A model generated the notes under the pieces. That model was not told the origin of the DNA. It saw only the letters and a program-made list of their open reading frames with translations, and did no database searches. From positions 12,648,001 through 12,712,000 of the forward strand of contig JBHGNT010000015.1 in the NCBI GenBank assembly GCA_043228905.1: a DNA stretch of 64,000 bases, written 5' to 3'. The DNA is from Azolla caroliniana. Lineage: Eukaryota; Plantae; Polypodiophyta. Shown here one piece after another: positions 13,311-25,738 of this stretch. Made by a program: the position numbers and the translations under genes. Each line of letters starts with the position of its first letter. The first letter of the stretch is position 1.

Positions 13311-16300
13311 TGTTGTAGGCGAGGAAGGTCGTCAATGCGGAAGATCGAGAAGCATTCGATCCCTGTTTCTTCCCTGTGTATGATAGAATGTAGGTCGTTG
13401 CACAGAGATGGAGAGAGAGACAAAAAACTCTATATTCCAATAGACAAGAATACAACAATCCAACCTTACAAAAAGGTTACAAGGTCACTATATATAGTGA
13501 CTGACTTAGGGCAACTACCCTTTATGCTAATTACATAAATGGCCAAAACGGGATAGTGTGAATACGTCCATTATACACATGTATTCGACACTCCCCCGTA
13601 ATGGGCGTATACATGGGTTATCTAAGATTACAGGTATAGACTTGGGTTCTCGGACATATCAGCTTTGTTCGAGTCGGCAGGGTCCGAAAGCAGAAGACCG
13701 AACTGGTCGGGTCGGAACAGTTGAAGCCGATCATTAAGGAACTGATGTCGGTTGTCGGGAACCATCCTGCTCTGTGTCCGGCTCTAACCGGACTGGTTTG
13801 TCGTTACGCCCATCTGATGCCGAAGAGACCGAAAACGGTCTGCCGAAAGACACTTGGTCATTCCATCTGCGACATTGTCGGTTGTGGATATTTTCTCTAG
13901 ACCAATTTTCCCTGAAATGACGCAGTCCCGAACGAAGTGATATCGAACGTCGATATGTTTGGAGGCGTTGTGGTGAACCGGATTTTTCGACAGGGCAACA
14001 GCACCTTGACTGTCGCTGTAGACAACTGGAGCTGAGTCATGGTCGACTTGTCGAAACGTGTGCGCCAGCCGACCGAGCCACAAAGCTTCTTTTGCTGCGT
14101 CGGACGCAGCTACATATTCTGCTTCGGTTGTTGAGGTCGCTGTGCACTCCTGAAGTTTCGACTTCCACGAGATTGCTCCATTGCCGAATTTGAAGCAGTA
14201 TCCGGTTGTTGATTTTCGACTGTCTATACAGCCGGCGAAATCCGAGTCGGTGTAACCGACTACGCCTGAGGTTCGGTTCGGACCGAAAAGAATGCCATGG
14301 TCTTTTGTGCCAACCAGATATCTGAACACATGCTTGACTGCGTTCCAATGCGATCGGCCAGGATTGTGCATAAATCTGCTAACGACTCCTACGGCATGAG
14401 AGATATCAGGCCGTGTCGCGACCATCAGGTACATAAGGGAGCCGACTGCCGGTGCATACGGTACCGACTTCATATCTTCCCCCTCCGGACCGGATGTCGG
14501 GCAGTCTCGCTGAGAGAGCCGAAGATTCATGGGGAGCGGGGTTGAAGCAGATTTGGCTGATTGCATGTTGAAGCGTTCCAAGACACGTCCGATGTAGTCG
14601 GTCTGAGACAAAAAAAGATGTCGTTTATCGCGATGCCAACTAATCTTCATGCCGAGTATGTGTCGTGCCGGACCGAGGTCCTTCATGGCAAACTTCAACC
14701 GCAGTTGCCGAACGAGATCGGCAAGTTCGCCCGAGTGGCGTCCAAAAATTAGCATGTCGTCCACGTAAATGATGAGGAAGATGGGTGATCCATCTTGAGC
14801 TGTGTTGGTAAAGAGACAATGGTCCTCATCGCTTTTTGAGAAGCCGATCGATTGGATGAAGTCGTCGAACTTCTTGTACCATTGTCGCGGTGCCTGTTTG
14901 AGGCCGTATAGACTCTTCCTGAGTCGGCAGACTAGATGTTCTTGGCCAGGTGCCACGAAGCCTTTTGGCTGCTCCATATAAATTTCCTCCTCGAGATCAC
15001 CATGGAGGAAGGCTGTTTTGACATCTAGCTGAATCAGCTCCAAGTTGTCGGCTGCCACTACGCCGAGCAGAAAACGAAGGGTTGTCATTTTCACCACTGG
15101 TGAAAAAATCTCGTCGAAGTCGACGCCATATTCTTGTCGGAAGCCCTTCGCAACTAATCTGGCCTTGTACTTTGGGGTGGTCGAATCAGACGTCTCTTTT
15201 AGTCGATAAACCCACTTGCAAGGAAGAGCACGTCGGTTCCTAGGTAATTCGACCAGATCCCAAGTCTTGTTTGCCCGAATGGAGTGCATTTCCGACTCCA
15301 TCGCCAGATGCCAGGTGGCGGAATCGACAGATGTCGATGCTTCTTCGTAAGACGTCGGTTCGCCGGCGTCGGTGAAGAAAATTCCAGGAGAGTACCTCTC
15401 CGGAGGTTGCGACAGTCTCTCGGATCGTCGAGGTATGATTGGACTGGTCGCATCGGGTATCGTGGTCGGATGGTCCGAAAGCGAGTTGTTCTGCTGTGCC
15501 GAGTCGGAGTTGTCCGAGTCGGTAGAGTAAGGTTCAGCTACCCGTGAAGCTGACCGTGTGTTGAGAGCGGGGCCTTCTTGAAGGGTCGGCACATCGGAAA
15601 ATGTTACCCTTCGGACTTCGATTGGTTTTTCGACGGATGGGTTCATAGCCGACTCGTTGAACACAACGTCCGAACTTCGAACGATTTGCCTGCGTTCGGG
15701 GTCCCAGAGTCGGTATCCCATTTCGCCGTCGGATCCATATCCAAGGAAAATGCATTTCCTGGACCGAGGTGCAAGTTTTCGGCGATCATCTTTCGGAATG
15801 AGGGCGTACGCCTCGCATCCGAAGATCCTCAGCTTGTCGTAATTCGGCTTACTGCCGATCCATAGTTCCTGAGGAATTTGAAGTCCTAGAGGTCTACTTG
15901 GCGACATATTGATTATGTGTACTGCCGTGAGTAGAGCCTCTGCCCAGAAGCCATCCGACAGTCCGGAGTGTTGGAGCATGGAAACTGTCCGTTCTTGGAT
16001 TGTCCGATTCATTCGTTCTGCAATCCCGTTTTGCTCCGGACTGTGTGGTGCCGTAAGTTCACGTCGGATGCCGCGTTGTCGGCAGAATTTGACGAATTCT
16101 TCGGATTTAAACTCTCCCCCGTTGTCGGTTCGAAAGCATTTCAGCTTTCGGTCGGTTTGATTTTCCACCATAGCGAGCCAATCGGTGAAGATCGAGAAGA
16201 CACGATCTTTGGTGCGAATTGGATAAGCCCACACCTTTCGAGTCGAATCGTCAATAAAACTGACGAAGTAAGAGGCACCGCCTAGAGACTGATGCGGCAT

Positions 16301-18663
16301 TGGGCCACAGACGTCCGAATGGACTAAATCAAGAGGTCTCGTTTCTCTTGGTGCTGATGTCGGGTGTGATGCGGCTGCTTGTTTGCCATACTGGCAATGC
16401 TCGCAGAATTGATGGTCGGAGAAGGAGAGTTTTGGGATGTATCCGGCTCTAGATAGATGCGTGATGCCGGCCTTGCTGAGGTGTCCTAATCTTCTGTGCC
16501 ATAGTGATGACACAGGAATATCCACCAAAAACAGGTTACCCTCTCTGAGCGTAACATGTAACGGATACAGTGAGTGTATCTTGGGTCCTCTAGCAAGCAG
16601 GAGGTTCCCCCTGTGGAGTGTCCACCCTCCCGAAGAAAAGCCGGCACGAATGCCGTCTTCATCTAGTTGTCCGACTGAGATCAATGGCCTTGAGAGCTCG
16701 GGTACATGTCGGACATTGTGGAGTACAAGTGTAGAGCCACCTGCAAGGTTGAGCTCTACTGTGCCGATTCCGATGATGTCACAGTGTTGTGAGTTGCCGA
16801 CTCGAACTGAGTCGGAGTGACGGATCGTATATTGCCGAAATTGGGATCGATGAGGAGTCACGTGAAATGACGCGCCCGAATCCAAGAGCCACGTGCTCGA
16901 TTCTTCAGTCGTGAGCAGAACTTCTGATCCGACTGGATTTTCGATTGATAGTATATTCGGGTCGTCCGGTAGTACATCAGCTGAGAAGCTGACGTAATTG
17001 ATCTCCTCATGCCGGCCACTCTTCTTGTTGTTCTTGTTCTTGAGTGCGCGGCAGTCGGCTTTGATGTGTCCGGGTTTCTTGCAATAGTTGCAGATTCGGT
17101 TATCCCGTGACTGGCTCCGTCTTCGCTGATTGTTCGGCGGCCGTGAGGAATCTCTTCCTCGTATGTTCGATCGGTCTGTCGAACCTTGTACTACGTAAGC
17201 GTCGTCTGTTGAGTCTTTGGCGAAAGACTTTCTCCGAGCTGCTTCGGTCAGGATTGCGCTCGTGACTTCGGAGTATTTAACAGCCGTGGTTGACGCGTTG
17301 CACACGGTTGTGACGAAAGTTTCCCATGATGAGGGAAGGCTACTCATGAGTATCATTGCTCTGAGTTCATCCTCGATTGCCGTCCCCTGTGACGAGATTT
17401 GGGAGCTTATGCTTTCGTACTCATTGAGGTGTGCTTGAACCGAATCGGATTCTTTCATCCGCAAGTTGTAGAGTCGCCGGATCAGAAACATCTTTGTTGC
17501 GGCGACCTTCTTTTCGTAAGTGTCCGACAGTGTTTTCCACAGTTCAAATGCTGTCGTACACGATTGCACCGTAAAGTATACCGATTCCGATAGGTGCATC
17601 CGAATTGTGGCGCGGACGATTCTGTCCAGCTTCTGCCACTCAATTGGTTTGTATCCTTCTGGAGGTTCTTCATTTTCGATGGGATCGATTTGCCCCTTGA
17701 CTATGAGATAGTCCTGCATTTGCTCCTTCCAGAAGTTAAAGTTCGATCCATCGAACTTTCGTAGACTCATTTCTGACGAGCCGGATGTTGATGCCATCAA
17801 ATTGGGTTTCGGTTGACGAAGCTCGGTTCGGAGTTGACTACGAGCCTTGTTGGAGTGCAGCCGGTTGGCTCACCCGATATCGTTCTAGTCGGATTTGAAC
17901 CCGAGTCGGTTCGGCTTCGGAACTTGCTCGAATTGACTCCGGTAACTTGAGGGACAGAACCGACTGGTCTTCCCGAATGTCGCCGAGTCGGAGTGAGCCC
18001 GGTTCGCTTCGGATATATATGCCGAGTACCGATTATTGAAACCGATTATCTGGACCGATTCGGCTTCGGTTGACTGCAGCGATGAGAGAGACGGATCCGA
18101 CTGATCCTCCCGAATGTCGATCAGCCAGATGAAGCACGAATTTGGGTTGTTGTCAGAGTTGCACAAGGGGATTTCACCTCGAGCGGTTACGATCACAGGG
18201 GACAGAGTACAACCTGCTGGCTTACTCCAAGCAAGGGGATCTAACGCGATGAGGTGCAAACCTCGTTTTTGTTCTTCTTCTCTCTTTCTTCGAATGACGC
18301 GAATACTGTGCAGGCCGTGTTGAGGTGAAGAACCGAATGCTGTGCAGGCGGTGATGACGGCCGAACCTCGCTCTGATACCAGATGTTGTAGGCGAGGAAG
18401 GTCGTCAATGCGGAAGATCGAGAAGCATTCGATCCCTGTTTCTTCCCTGTGTATGATAGAATGTAGGTCGTTGCACAGAGATGGAGAGAGAGACAAAAAA
18501 CTCTATATTCCAATAGACAAGAATACAACAATCCAACCTTACAAAAAGGTTACAAGGTCACTATATATAGTGACTGACTTAGGGCAACTACCCTTTATGC
18601 TAATTACATAAATGGCCAAAACGGGATAGTGTGAATACGTCCATTATACACATGTATTCGACA
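13311..18663 (-). mobile_element. Intact, young Ty1/Copia retrotransposon
   Basis: 280-bp LTRs at 13311-13590 and 18384-18663, identical by eye; TSD AACCC; Met-i PBS TGGTATCAGAGC at 18370-18381; PPT at 13591-13600; uninterrupted ORF. Confidence 0.98.
13784..17797 (-). CDS. Copia Gag-Pol polyprotein (1337 aa)
   Basis: CNYCKKPGHIKADC knuckle, LLDSGASFH protease, HRRLGH...CEHC and DDE integrase, YVDD RT, DSD...E...D RNase H; no stops. Confidence 0.97.
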   Translation of the reverse strand: MASTSGSSEMSLRKFDGSNFNFWKEQMQDYLIVKGQIDPIENEEPPEGYKPIEWQKLDRIVRATIRMHLSESVYFTVQSCTTAFELWKTLSDTYEKKVAATKMFLIRRLYNLRMKESDSVQAHLNEYESISSQISSQGTAIEDELRAMILMSSLPSSWETFVTTVCNASTTAVKYSEVTSAILTEAARRKSFAKDSTDDAYVVQGSTDRSNIRGRDSSRPPNNQRRRSQSRDNRICNYCKKPGHIKADCRALKNKNNKKSGRHEEINYVSFSADVLPDDPNILSIENPVGSEVLLTTEESSTWLLDSGASFHVTPHRSQFRQYTIRHSDSVRVGNSQHCDIIGIGTVELNLAGGSTLVLHNVRHVPELSRPLISVGQLDEDGIRAGFSSGGWTLHRGNLLLARGPKIHSLYPLHVTLREGNLFLVDIPVSSLWHRRLGHLSKAGITHLSRAGYIPKLSFSDHQFCEHCQYGKQAAASHPTSAPRETRPLDLVHSDVCGPMPHQSLGGASYFVSFIDDSTRKVWAYPIRTKDRVFSIFTDWLAMVENQTDRKLKCFRTDNGGEFKSEEFVKFCRQRGIRRELTAPHSPEQNGIAERMNRTIQERTVSMLQHSGLSDGFWAEALLTAVHIINMSPSRPLGLQIPQELWIGSKPNYDKLRIFGCEAYALIPKDDRRKLAPRSRKCIFLGYGSDGEMGYRLWDPERRQIVRSSDVVFNESAMNPSVEKPIEVRRVTFSDVPTLQEGPALNTRSASRVAEPYSTDSDNSDSAQQNNSLSDHPTTIPDATSPIIPRRSERLSQPPERYSPGIFFTDAGEPTSYEEASTSVDSATWHLAMESEMHSIRANKTWDLVELPRNRRALPCKWVYRLKETSDSTTPKYKARLVAKGFRQEYGVDFDEIFSPVVKMTTLRFLLGVVAADNLELIQLDVKTAFLHGDLEEEIYMEQPKGFVAPGQEHLVCRLRKSLYGLKQAPRQWYKKFDDFIQSIGFSKSDEDHCLFTNTAQDGSPIFLIIYVDDMLIFGRHSGELADLVRQLRLKFAMKDLGPARHILGMKISWHRDKRHLFLSQTDYIGRVLERFNMQSAKSASTPLPMNLRLSQRDCPTSGPEGEDMKSVPYAPAVGSLMYLMVATRPDISHAVGVVSRFMHNPGRSHWNAVKHVFRYLVGTKDHGILFGPNRTSGVVGYTDSDFAGCIDSRKSTTGYCFKFGNGAISWKSKLQECTATSTTEAEYVAASDAAKEALWLGRLAHTFRQVDHDSAPVVYSDSQGAVALSKNPVHHNASKHIDVRYHFVRDCVISGKIGLEKISTTDNVADGMTKCLSADRFRSLRHQMGVTTNQSG

Positions 18664-18725
18664 AACCCGACGTGAAAACGGGTGGCAGGGAGAGCGAGTT
18701 CTTTGGGATTTTTCCTCTTTCAAAC

Positions 18726-20243
18726 ATGGATGTCGCACAACTTCAATCAATTCTAGAAGCTGTTCTCATAGGGAGGGAGAGCAGTCCGAACCTTGATCGA
18801 GCTGTGGATGGGGTATTAGAGAAGTTAGGTCCATTCACTGGAAAGGATGTGACCCAATTTTTGTAGGTGTTCGATGTGGAGATGTTATATCGCAATATTC
18901 CCACTAATTTGAAGAAATCCAACTTCCATCATGTGGTAGTTGTCGATGTTCTTCCTATCATAGAAGAGTTTCAGACACAATATGTTGAATGAGAGGCATT
19001 CCGTCGTGATCTGCTCGGTGTTTTCAATTATGTTGATTCCACCAAGATGACCCGGCGGGCATTTGAAGTTTGGGTGGAGTTGGACAAGAAGCATGGGTCA
19101 GTTCTAGAGACCCTTACTATTTTTGAAGCAAAGTTTCGAAAACTCTCAGTTCGGCAACAAACCTTGCTTGAACTAGAGAAGGTGGTTCTCTTCCTTCGCT
19201 TGGTTCCCTATGCGGATAGGGTAGAGCTAGGGAAACTTATGGAATCAGGTGAAACTGAAACAGGTTTAGAGGAGGACTGGACCCGAATTCGGTCCATCTA
19301 CCTTCGATATGAGAAAAGACAAACATGGTTGGGCTCGAAGGGACCTGGAAATGTTACTCCAATCTCCTCTTTGAAGAAAGGAAAGGGATCGAGGCATCTA
19401 TGGAGAAACCACAACCAAGTGACGTAGATGAGCTAGTGAAGCAATTCATGGAGTGGAAGATTTCTTCCATGTCGAAGGTGCAACATCAGCCACAAGTGCA
19501 ACTAGGGATTTTGGATGCTTATGGTGTGACAGTTTGGAGCATCAAAGATTGGAGTGTGTGGAGCATCAAGAGGCTATGCAGAAGAACCTCATATTCTACA
19601 AGGATCGGTTGATCCACTCATCTGTGACTCGTCAACCACTGAAGACAAATTTTGGGTGAGGGGGAATGAAAAAGCTCTTGGAGAAAGAAGAGCTTCGACA
19701 TGCACAAACTATTTTCCATTCTACTTCGGCTGCTATTCGACTAATTGAAATGCCAAAGCAATATCCAACTATTCAAACTGTTCGTATTGAAGATGGTTGT
19801 CAAAGGATTGGTTGTAGTGATCCAACTTTTCCCAGAGATTATGATGTGATGGTAGAGGAGAAGAGGAGAAGAGAGGAAGAGTTGGATCATGAACGAGTTC
19901 TAAAGAGGGTTGATTTTCGTTCTCCATCCGAAAAGCAAAATTTGGACATACAAAGGGTTGAACCAAAACCTATGCAGGTATCCAAGAAGTCATCTCCAAT
20001 GGTCCGGATGCGGACTGAATTGGAACAAGAGGTAGATGCTTTCTCTTTCATTGAAAATTATGTTCTAAAGCAACATATCTCGGTTCCATTAGGAGACTTG
20101 TTGGCGGTGTCGGGGTAGTTGTGGTTCGTGCGGCGAAGTCGCGGGGACTAAGGTTAAGGGGAGTTGAAGAAACTTAAGTTTAATAAGGCTTGTATGGTGA
20201 TGATAGAATGGTTAAAGATAGTAAGACGAAGAGTTACAAGTAA

Positions 20244-20285
<42 letters not shown>

Positions 20286-21190
20286 GAGCATAGATAAAAG
20301 ATAGAGACAATGTATGATTCAAGAAAGAAGATTGAGACAAAGTATGATTCTAGAAAGAAGATTGAGACAAAGTATGATTCAAAGAACAAGAGTATATGAT
20401 ATAAACATGATGTATATTAAAAATATAATATTTTACCAACTTTACAATCCTTGATCGCAAGATGAATCTTTTCAATACCGACCCTTAATTTGAACCCTCG
20501 ACCTCAACTTCGAAACGAGAGGTTCTCCACCCAATGAGCTAGTCTTCTTCAATTGATTGTATTATTTTCTCACTCTCTCTTGATCCCTTGATTCCCTTTT
20601 GTTTTCCTTTCCCCTCTTTTTATAAGTATTTCCATGCATATGGTAATGTCATGCATGAGTTACATCTGATGCATGATCGCCATTTGGCGCACATGCATTG
20701 CATGTGATGCATGATAGCCATCATGCTCATTTGAGCTCCCATGTATTGGGATAAGTATAATGATGGATATAACCCTAAAACAAATAACCTAGCTTAGTGG
20801 TGTATGGTTTGTGCTTGATATACAAGGTTGAGGGTTCAAGTCCCTCAATTTTACTTAATACAATATTTAAGTTTATTCTTATATAGTGAAGCACATTCTT
20901 GACAATATTTCTAAAAACAAACAGCCTACCCTAGTGGTATATACATTGTGCTTGGTTTATAAGGTTGTGGGTTCAAGTGTTTGAAATATTATTGAATTCA
21001 ATATTTAAATTTATTTTTATATCGTGAAGCAAATCCTTCACGACAGCGGTCTTCAAAAAGGAAGTTCAGGATGATTTACTGGACAAGGTGGAAGAAAGAG
21101 AATTCTGGTTGATACAACAATGATTGCAAAGGAGACTGGATGGAAAGAAGGATCTACACAACCTAGTCCTTTTGTCATTCTTGGGCATTG
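18726..21190 (+). pseudogene. Decayed gag-like ORF of the middle element, interrupted at 20108-21045
   Basis: FTGKDVTQFL, KVVLFLR...ELGKL...GLEEDW, CLWCDSLEHQRLEC zinc knuckle. The frame resumes after the insertion (LAV|FKKEVQDDLL). Confidence 0.75.
20108..21045. mobile_element. Solo LTR (938 bp) with TGTCG...CGACA termini
   Basis: Flanked by GCGG direct repeats; removing it restores the gag reading frame. Confidence 0.82.
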
Positions 21191-21239
21191 ATTAGGTCTA
21201 AGATCAAGGCTTGATTGACCTAGTTGAGTGTTTACATCA

Positions 21240-23427
21240 TCGATGAAGGAGACGAAATATTGACTCCCGCCAAGACTAACGTTCTGTGCCGGTCTCGGTG
21301 GGGAATGGATTAAGTCGAGCTTGTTACAGCTCTGGTTTCGTTCGGTGAGGAATGGAAGCTAGTGTTGCTTCCTGAGTTGGCAAACTTCACATATTTGGGC
21401 CATCTGGCAACTGAATTTCAGCAATCTGAGAACAACATGTTTCAATTGCAGGTCTTGAAGCCTCTGGTACTTGACGTGGCCTATCCGCTTGTGCCAGAGA
21501 TCGATGTCCCATTCAATCTTCTATCATTTGGCAAACAAGGCGGTGTCGACATCGTTGGTGTCGAGGATGAACATCCTCTCATCTTTGCGCCCTTGCGCAA
21601 TTATCTGGACTTCTTCCTCGATGAAGCACCCGAGGTGCGTAAATCGCACATGCATTCCCTGGTCGACGATTTTTCCAACTGACACCATGTTCTTTGTGAT
21701 TATTGGAACGTGCAATACGTTCATCAGCGTTCCCTTTTGGCCAAAATAGCTTAAGGGGACTCCTTCGACATGCACAATCGGGTGAGGGGTGTCGTCTCTG
21801 ATTTCCATGATTCTCGGTTGTTCCGGTTTCTCCAAAAACGAGAACCACTCTTCTTGGCTCGTCGTGTGGTTTGACGCTCCAAAATCAACATACCATACTT
21901 CCTCTGATTTGGAAGTAGTCTTCTTCATCGAGTTAGCCTTGTGCTTCATCACAAAGGCAGACCCCTTTCCGGTTTTCCCAGTTCCGGATCCTTCTAATCC
22001 TTCTACATAGTGCGAGCTTTGCCGGTTTCCCTATCCGGCGTTGCCGAATCCGGATTTGTCCGAATCAACACGCTTCTTCCAACACTCGCTTTCTTTGTGG
22101 CCTTTCTTTCCACAATACCAACATTCCATGTCGGCCTTCCCTTACTAGTTTTCGGTGCCATTTTGACTCCCCCTGCTCGTGGAGGATCCGAAACTACTGT
22201 CGGCACTGTCTCGGTGCCTTCGATTCTGCTATTTTCGGCCGCCTCCATTGCTTGCCGACCGACCTCATCCTCCACGTCCATGGGGCCGGTCCACCTCCGT
22301 GTACAACCTCCGGTTGTCCGGTTGAGTGGTCCTCAACCCATTCACGTGGTTTTCTTCGACCATCAACATCGATTGCAGGTCGAAGAAGGACGGTGGCTTC
22401 TCCTGGGTGTAGATCGTCGTCCGGATTGGCCCAGACCACCAAGGAAGATTTGTACCATTTCGTCTTCGTTCACCGTTACGTTGATGGACCCGAGTGGGTC
22501 AAGAATCTCCTTTATTTTGGTGGTGTACTCTATAACCAACATATATTTTTGCTGGATGTTGTTCAACTCTTGCTGGAACTGCAACTTCCGGGTTGTGGTA
22601 CTTGCGGTGAAAATCTTCCGAAAATTTTCCCAGGCCTCCTTCGGCATTTTTGCATCCTTGATGTAGCCGAGCATCTGGTCATGCACACAGGACACGAGGT
22701 AATAAAGCACTCTACTCGCTCCTTGTTCCCATGCTGAGAAGTCCTTGTGTGCCAGCTTGGGCGCTACTTATTCATTCCTCCCACATAGCTCCAGTAATCA
22801 TGCCCCAGTAGGTATTGATGCATTTTGTACGACCAAGACGCATAGTTGCTCCGGTCGAGCTTTTCTGTCGGAAGCGAACTTGCCATTCCCCTGTCCATCT
22901 TTTGGTTCTATTCTATTCTTCACCGGGTGTTAGGGTTTGTCTTCAAATGCATATGTCAGTTGCAGAGGAGTGTCAACCCTCACGCTCTGATACCATGTGG
23001 AAGTTAATATGCGGAAACGTATGGCAAACCGGCTCAGCCGGATTTCTATAGAACGTAGAGAAGAAGGTTTAATGGAGACCTTACACAGAGAATACACGGG
23101 AGAGACAAAGAGAGAGCAGAACATAAAACTCAGTTAAAAATAATAATACGTTGTGCATAGAGTGTGCTCAGAGAGCACTTTTATATAAGTCCATAAAGAA
23201 CTGACAGGTACTTCAATGATCATACGAGCAACTCACACTAATTCCCAAAAATATGCCTACGTACTAGTCTTAGATCCATAAGCCTCTAACAGCCTACTAG
23301 TTTCAATCCGATCCGGCTTCTGGTTCCGGATATCATTCAGACATTGATCCAGCTCTCTGTTCTGGATACCAATCCGGCTCTGGCTTATTTAGTCGATCTG
23401 GATCCAATGTGGCTTGCTCATTCAACA
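21240..23427 (-). mobile_element. Truncated Copia remnant A (5' LTR 22996-23427, PBS, gag-protease)
   Basis: PBS at 22984-22995; MASSLPTEKLDRSNY gag start; WYVDFGASNH protease. Left limit approximate. Confidence 0.88.
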
Positions 23428-24178
23428 TCCATGAAGTGGTAGCTACAAGTATCTAATTAGAAGCGATAACAACAGTTTCATCATAGGATACTAGTCTAGA
23501 AGAGAAAGTAAGTGAGAAGTTAGCTTTTCGATCAGAAGGGGTGAAGATGTCTCTTGTATTGATTCTGGAATTGAATGAAGATGATTGGCATGCATCAAAT
23601 GTTCAAATAAAAGGAAAGAAGAATTTGGTTGAATTTTCTCCACTTGGCACATACCGGAGGATGTGCAGGTTAGGAGGGAGTGCATGTCGTAAAGGGATAT
23701 GATCGACTGGTGCCACCACGATTCCACACTTGCCTCGACGACAACCACGTATCTCGACTTCGTTCGGTGACCCAACACTCCTTGGAGATCCACCTGATTC
23801 GACTCATTGGAATTGATTTACATTCTAGACTCAAAGTTCTTTAGTATTATTGTTCTTAGGTATTTGTTTGCATTATTTTGGAACAAATGTTGTATAGTCA
23901 AAACCATGTAATGTATTTCATGTGCACCATATAACGCACATGCAAAGTTTCTCTACATGTGTGCCACATGGCCCACATGCACAAGCTTCTCTAGGTGTGT
24001 GCCACATGGCCTACATGTAAAGACATCCATTTAGTATAAGAGGGGAGGATTATTGTCATGTGGGGGGGGGGACAATCAAAGAGTCCTATTTTGTAAAGTG
24101 TTTTTCTCTCAAATAAATAGTGATTTTCCTATTTTAGCATTCTTTCTTCATCTGTGATTGAGGAGTAGCTTTGTACGG

Positions 24179-25738
24179 TGTCGCGAAAATACGACGAGGA
24201 TACGTGAACTTGAGGTAGGACCCCGGGGTCTCCGACCAGAGGATATCACATTCGTGCATTTATATTTTTAACAATTAACGAAAATAAGAAATTTAATAAT
24301 TTTCATTAACAAAGGAAAAGAAATTACAATATGTCCCAAGATTGGGATTCAGAAGTTTAGGTTTACTAAGATTAACAAAAAAGAAAAATTAGGGGTTTTG
24401 AGAGATATGGCTTCCAAAGGGAAAATTAGGGTTTTTGAGTGTGCTTTTGTAGGGAAAATTAGGGCTTTTGAGTGTTATGGCTTCCGTAGGGAAAATTAGG
24501 ATTAGGTTATACGAGAGATATGGCTTCCGTAGGGAAAATTAGGGTTTTTGAGTGTTATGGTTTCGATAAGATAAGGGAGCTAAGAAGGAAAAGAAAATAA
24601 AAAATGGAGAGAGGATGAGTGTAGGAAAAACAATGGAATTTATATGGGTTTCTTTGTTGATCTCTCCTTTCATGTTCCTTTGCTTCCCCACTTTTAGTTG
24701 CATGGCTTTTACCTTTAGTTGCATGCCTTCCACATGACCTTTACTTTATGCATGGCCTCCACCTTTAGTTGCATTCCTTCCACATGACCTTTACTTTATT
24801 TTACTTTACTTTAGTTCAGTCGCATGATCCTATAATCCGTAAAGTTTGGCGAATGCTTTGATTCGTCCGGTCTGCGTCTAGCCTCATCCGTCCAGTCCGG
24901 TTCCGGTTCTGTCGTCGTTCGGTTCCGGTTTGATCCCCAATTCCATCCAGTTGCCGGATTCGTCCGATTTCCGGTTGCCGCCATCCGATTACGGTTCGAT
25001 CCGATTGCCGGCTCCATCCGATTTCCGGTTGTCGGATCCATACGGTTTCCGGTTGCCGAATCCACTCGATTTCCGGTTGTCGGCTTTGTTGCCGGTTCTA
25101 TCCAATTGCCGGCTCAATCTGGTTTTTGGTTGCCGAATCCACTCGATTTCCGGTTGTCGGCTTTGTTGCCGGTTCTATCCAATTGCCGGCTCAATCTGGT
25201 TTCTGGTTGCCGAATCCACTCGATTTCCGGTTGTCGGCTTTGTTGCCGGTTCTATCCAATTGCCGACTCAATCTAGTTTCTGGTTGTCGACTCCATCCGG
25301 TTTTCAGTATTATCACCAACTGGTTTGAGTTCCTTCACCAACCAGTTTGAGTTCCTTCACTGGCCGGTTCAAGCAACTTAGCCACATCCAACAACTTAGC
25401 CACATCTGTCCTTCTAGACAAACGTGGCCCAAGCCCAACTATTTCTTCCGTGCTCTCAACACATAGATGAAAACTAATGGTTCTCATTCTGCTTATATAG
25501 ATGGATCCTAAAGTTTCCTATCTATGTGGGATATTTCGTAAGTCTATTTTCCTTATCTTCTCAAACTTCATATTCACATAACTTGATATGTAGTTGTCCA
25601 TTTTATATGTAGTAAAATGCGTTTTGAAGCTCTCGAGTACATCCATCTTTCCATATCAAGCCACTAATCTAATCTAAAATAATTATTTCATTATTTTTTT
25701 ACATAGTTTTCATATCGTGTGTGAAAAACCACACGACA
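24179..25738. mobile_element. Solo LTR-like insertion (1560 bp) in the 3' LTR of the middle element, with internal tandem repeats
   Basis: TGTCGC...ACGACA termini, ACGG direct repeats, absent from the 5' LTR. GGGAAAATTAGGG repeats at 24385-24560; 77-bp unit x3 at about 25051-25290. Confidence 0.85.

Noticed and set aside
17885-18496. 203-aa ORF upstream of the Copia gag
   Set aside because: It starts inside the LTR and crosses the PBS and leader, with no recognisable domain.
24385-24560. Interstitial telomere
   Set aside because: The TTAGGG motifs are spaced within longer LTR repeat units, not a TTTAGGG array.
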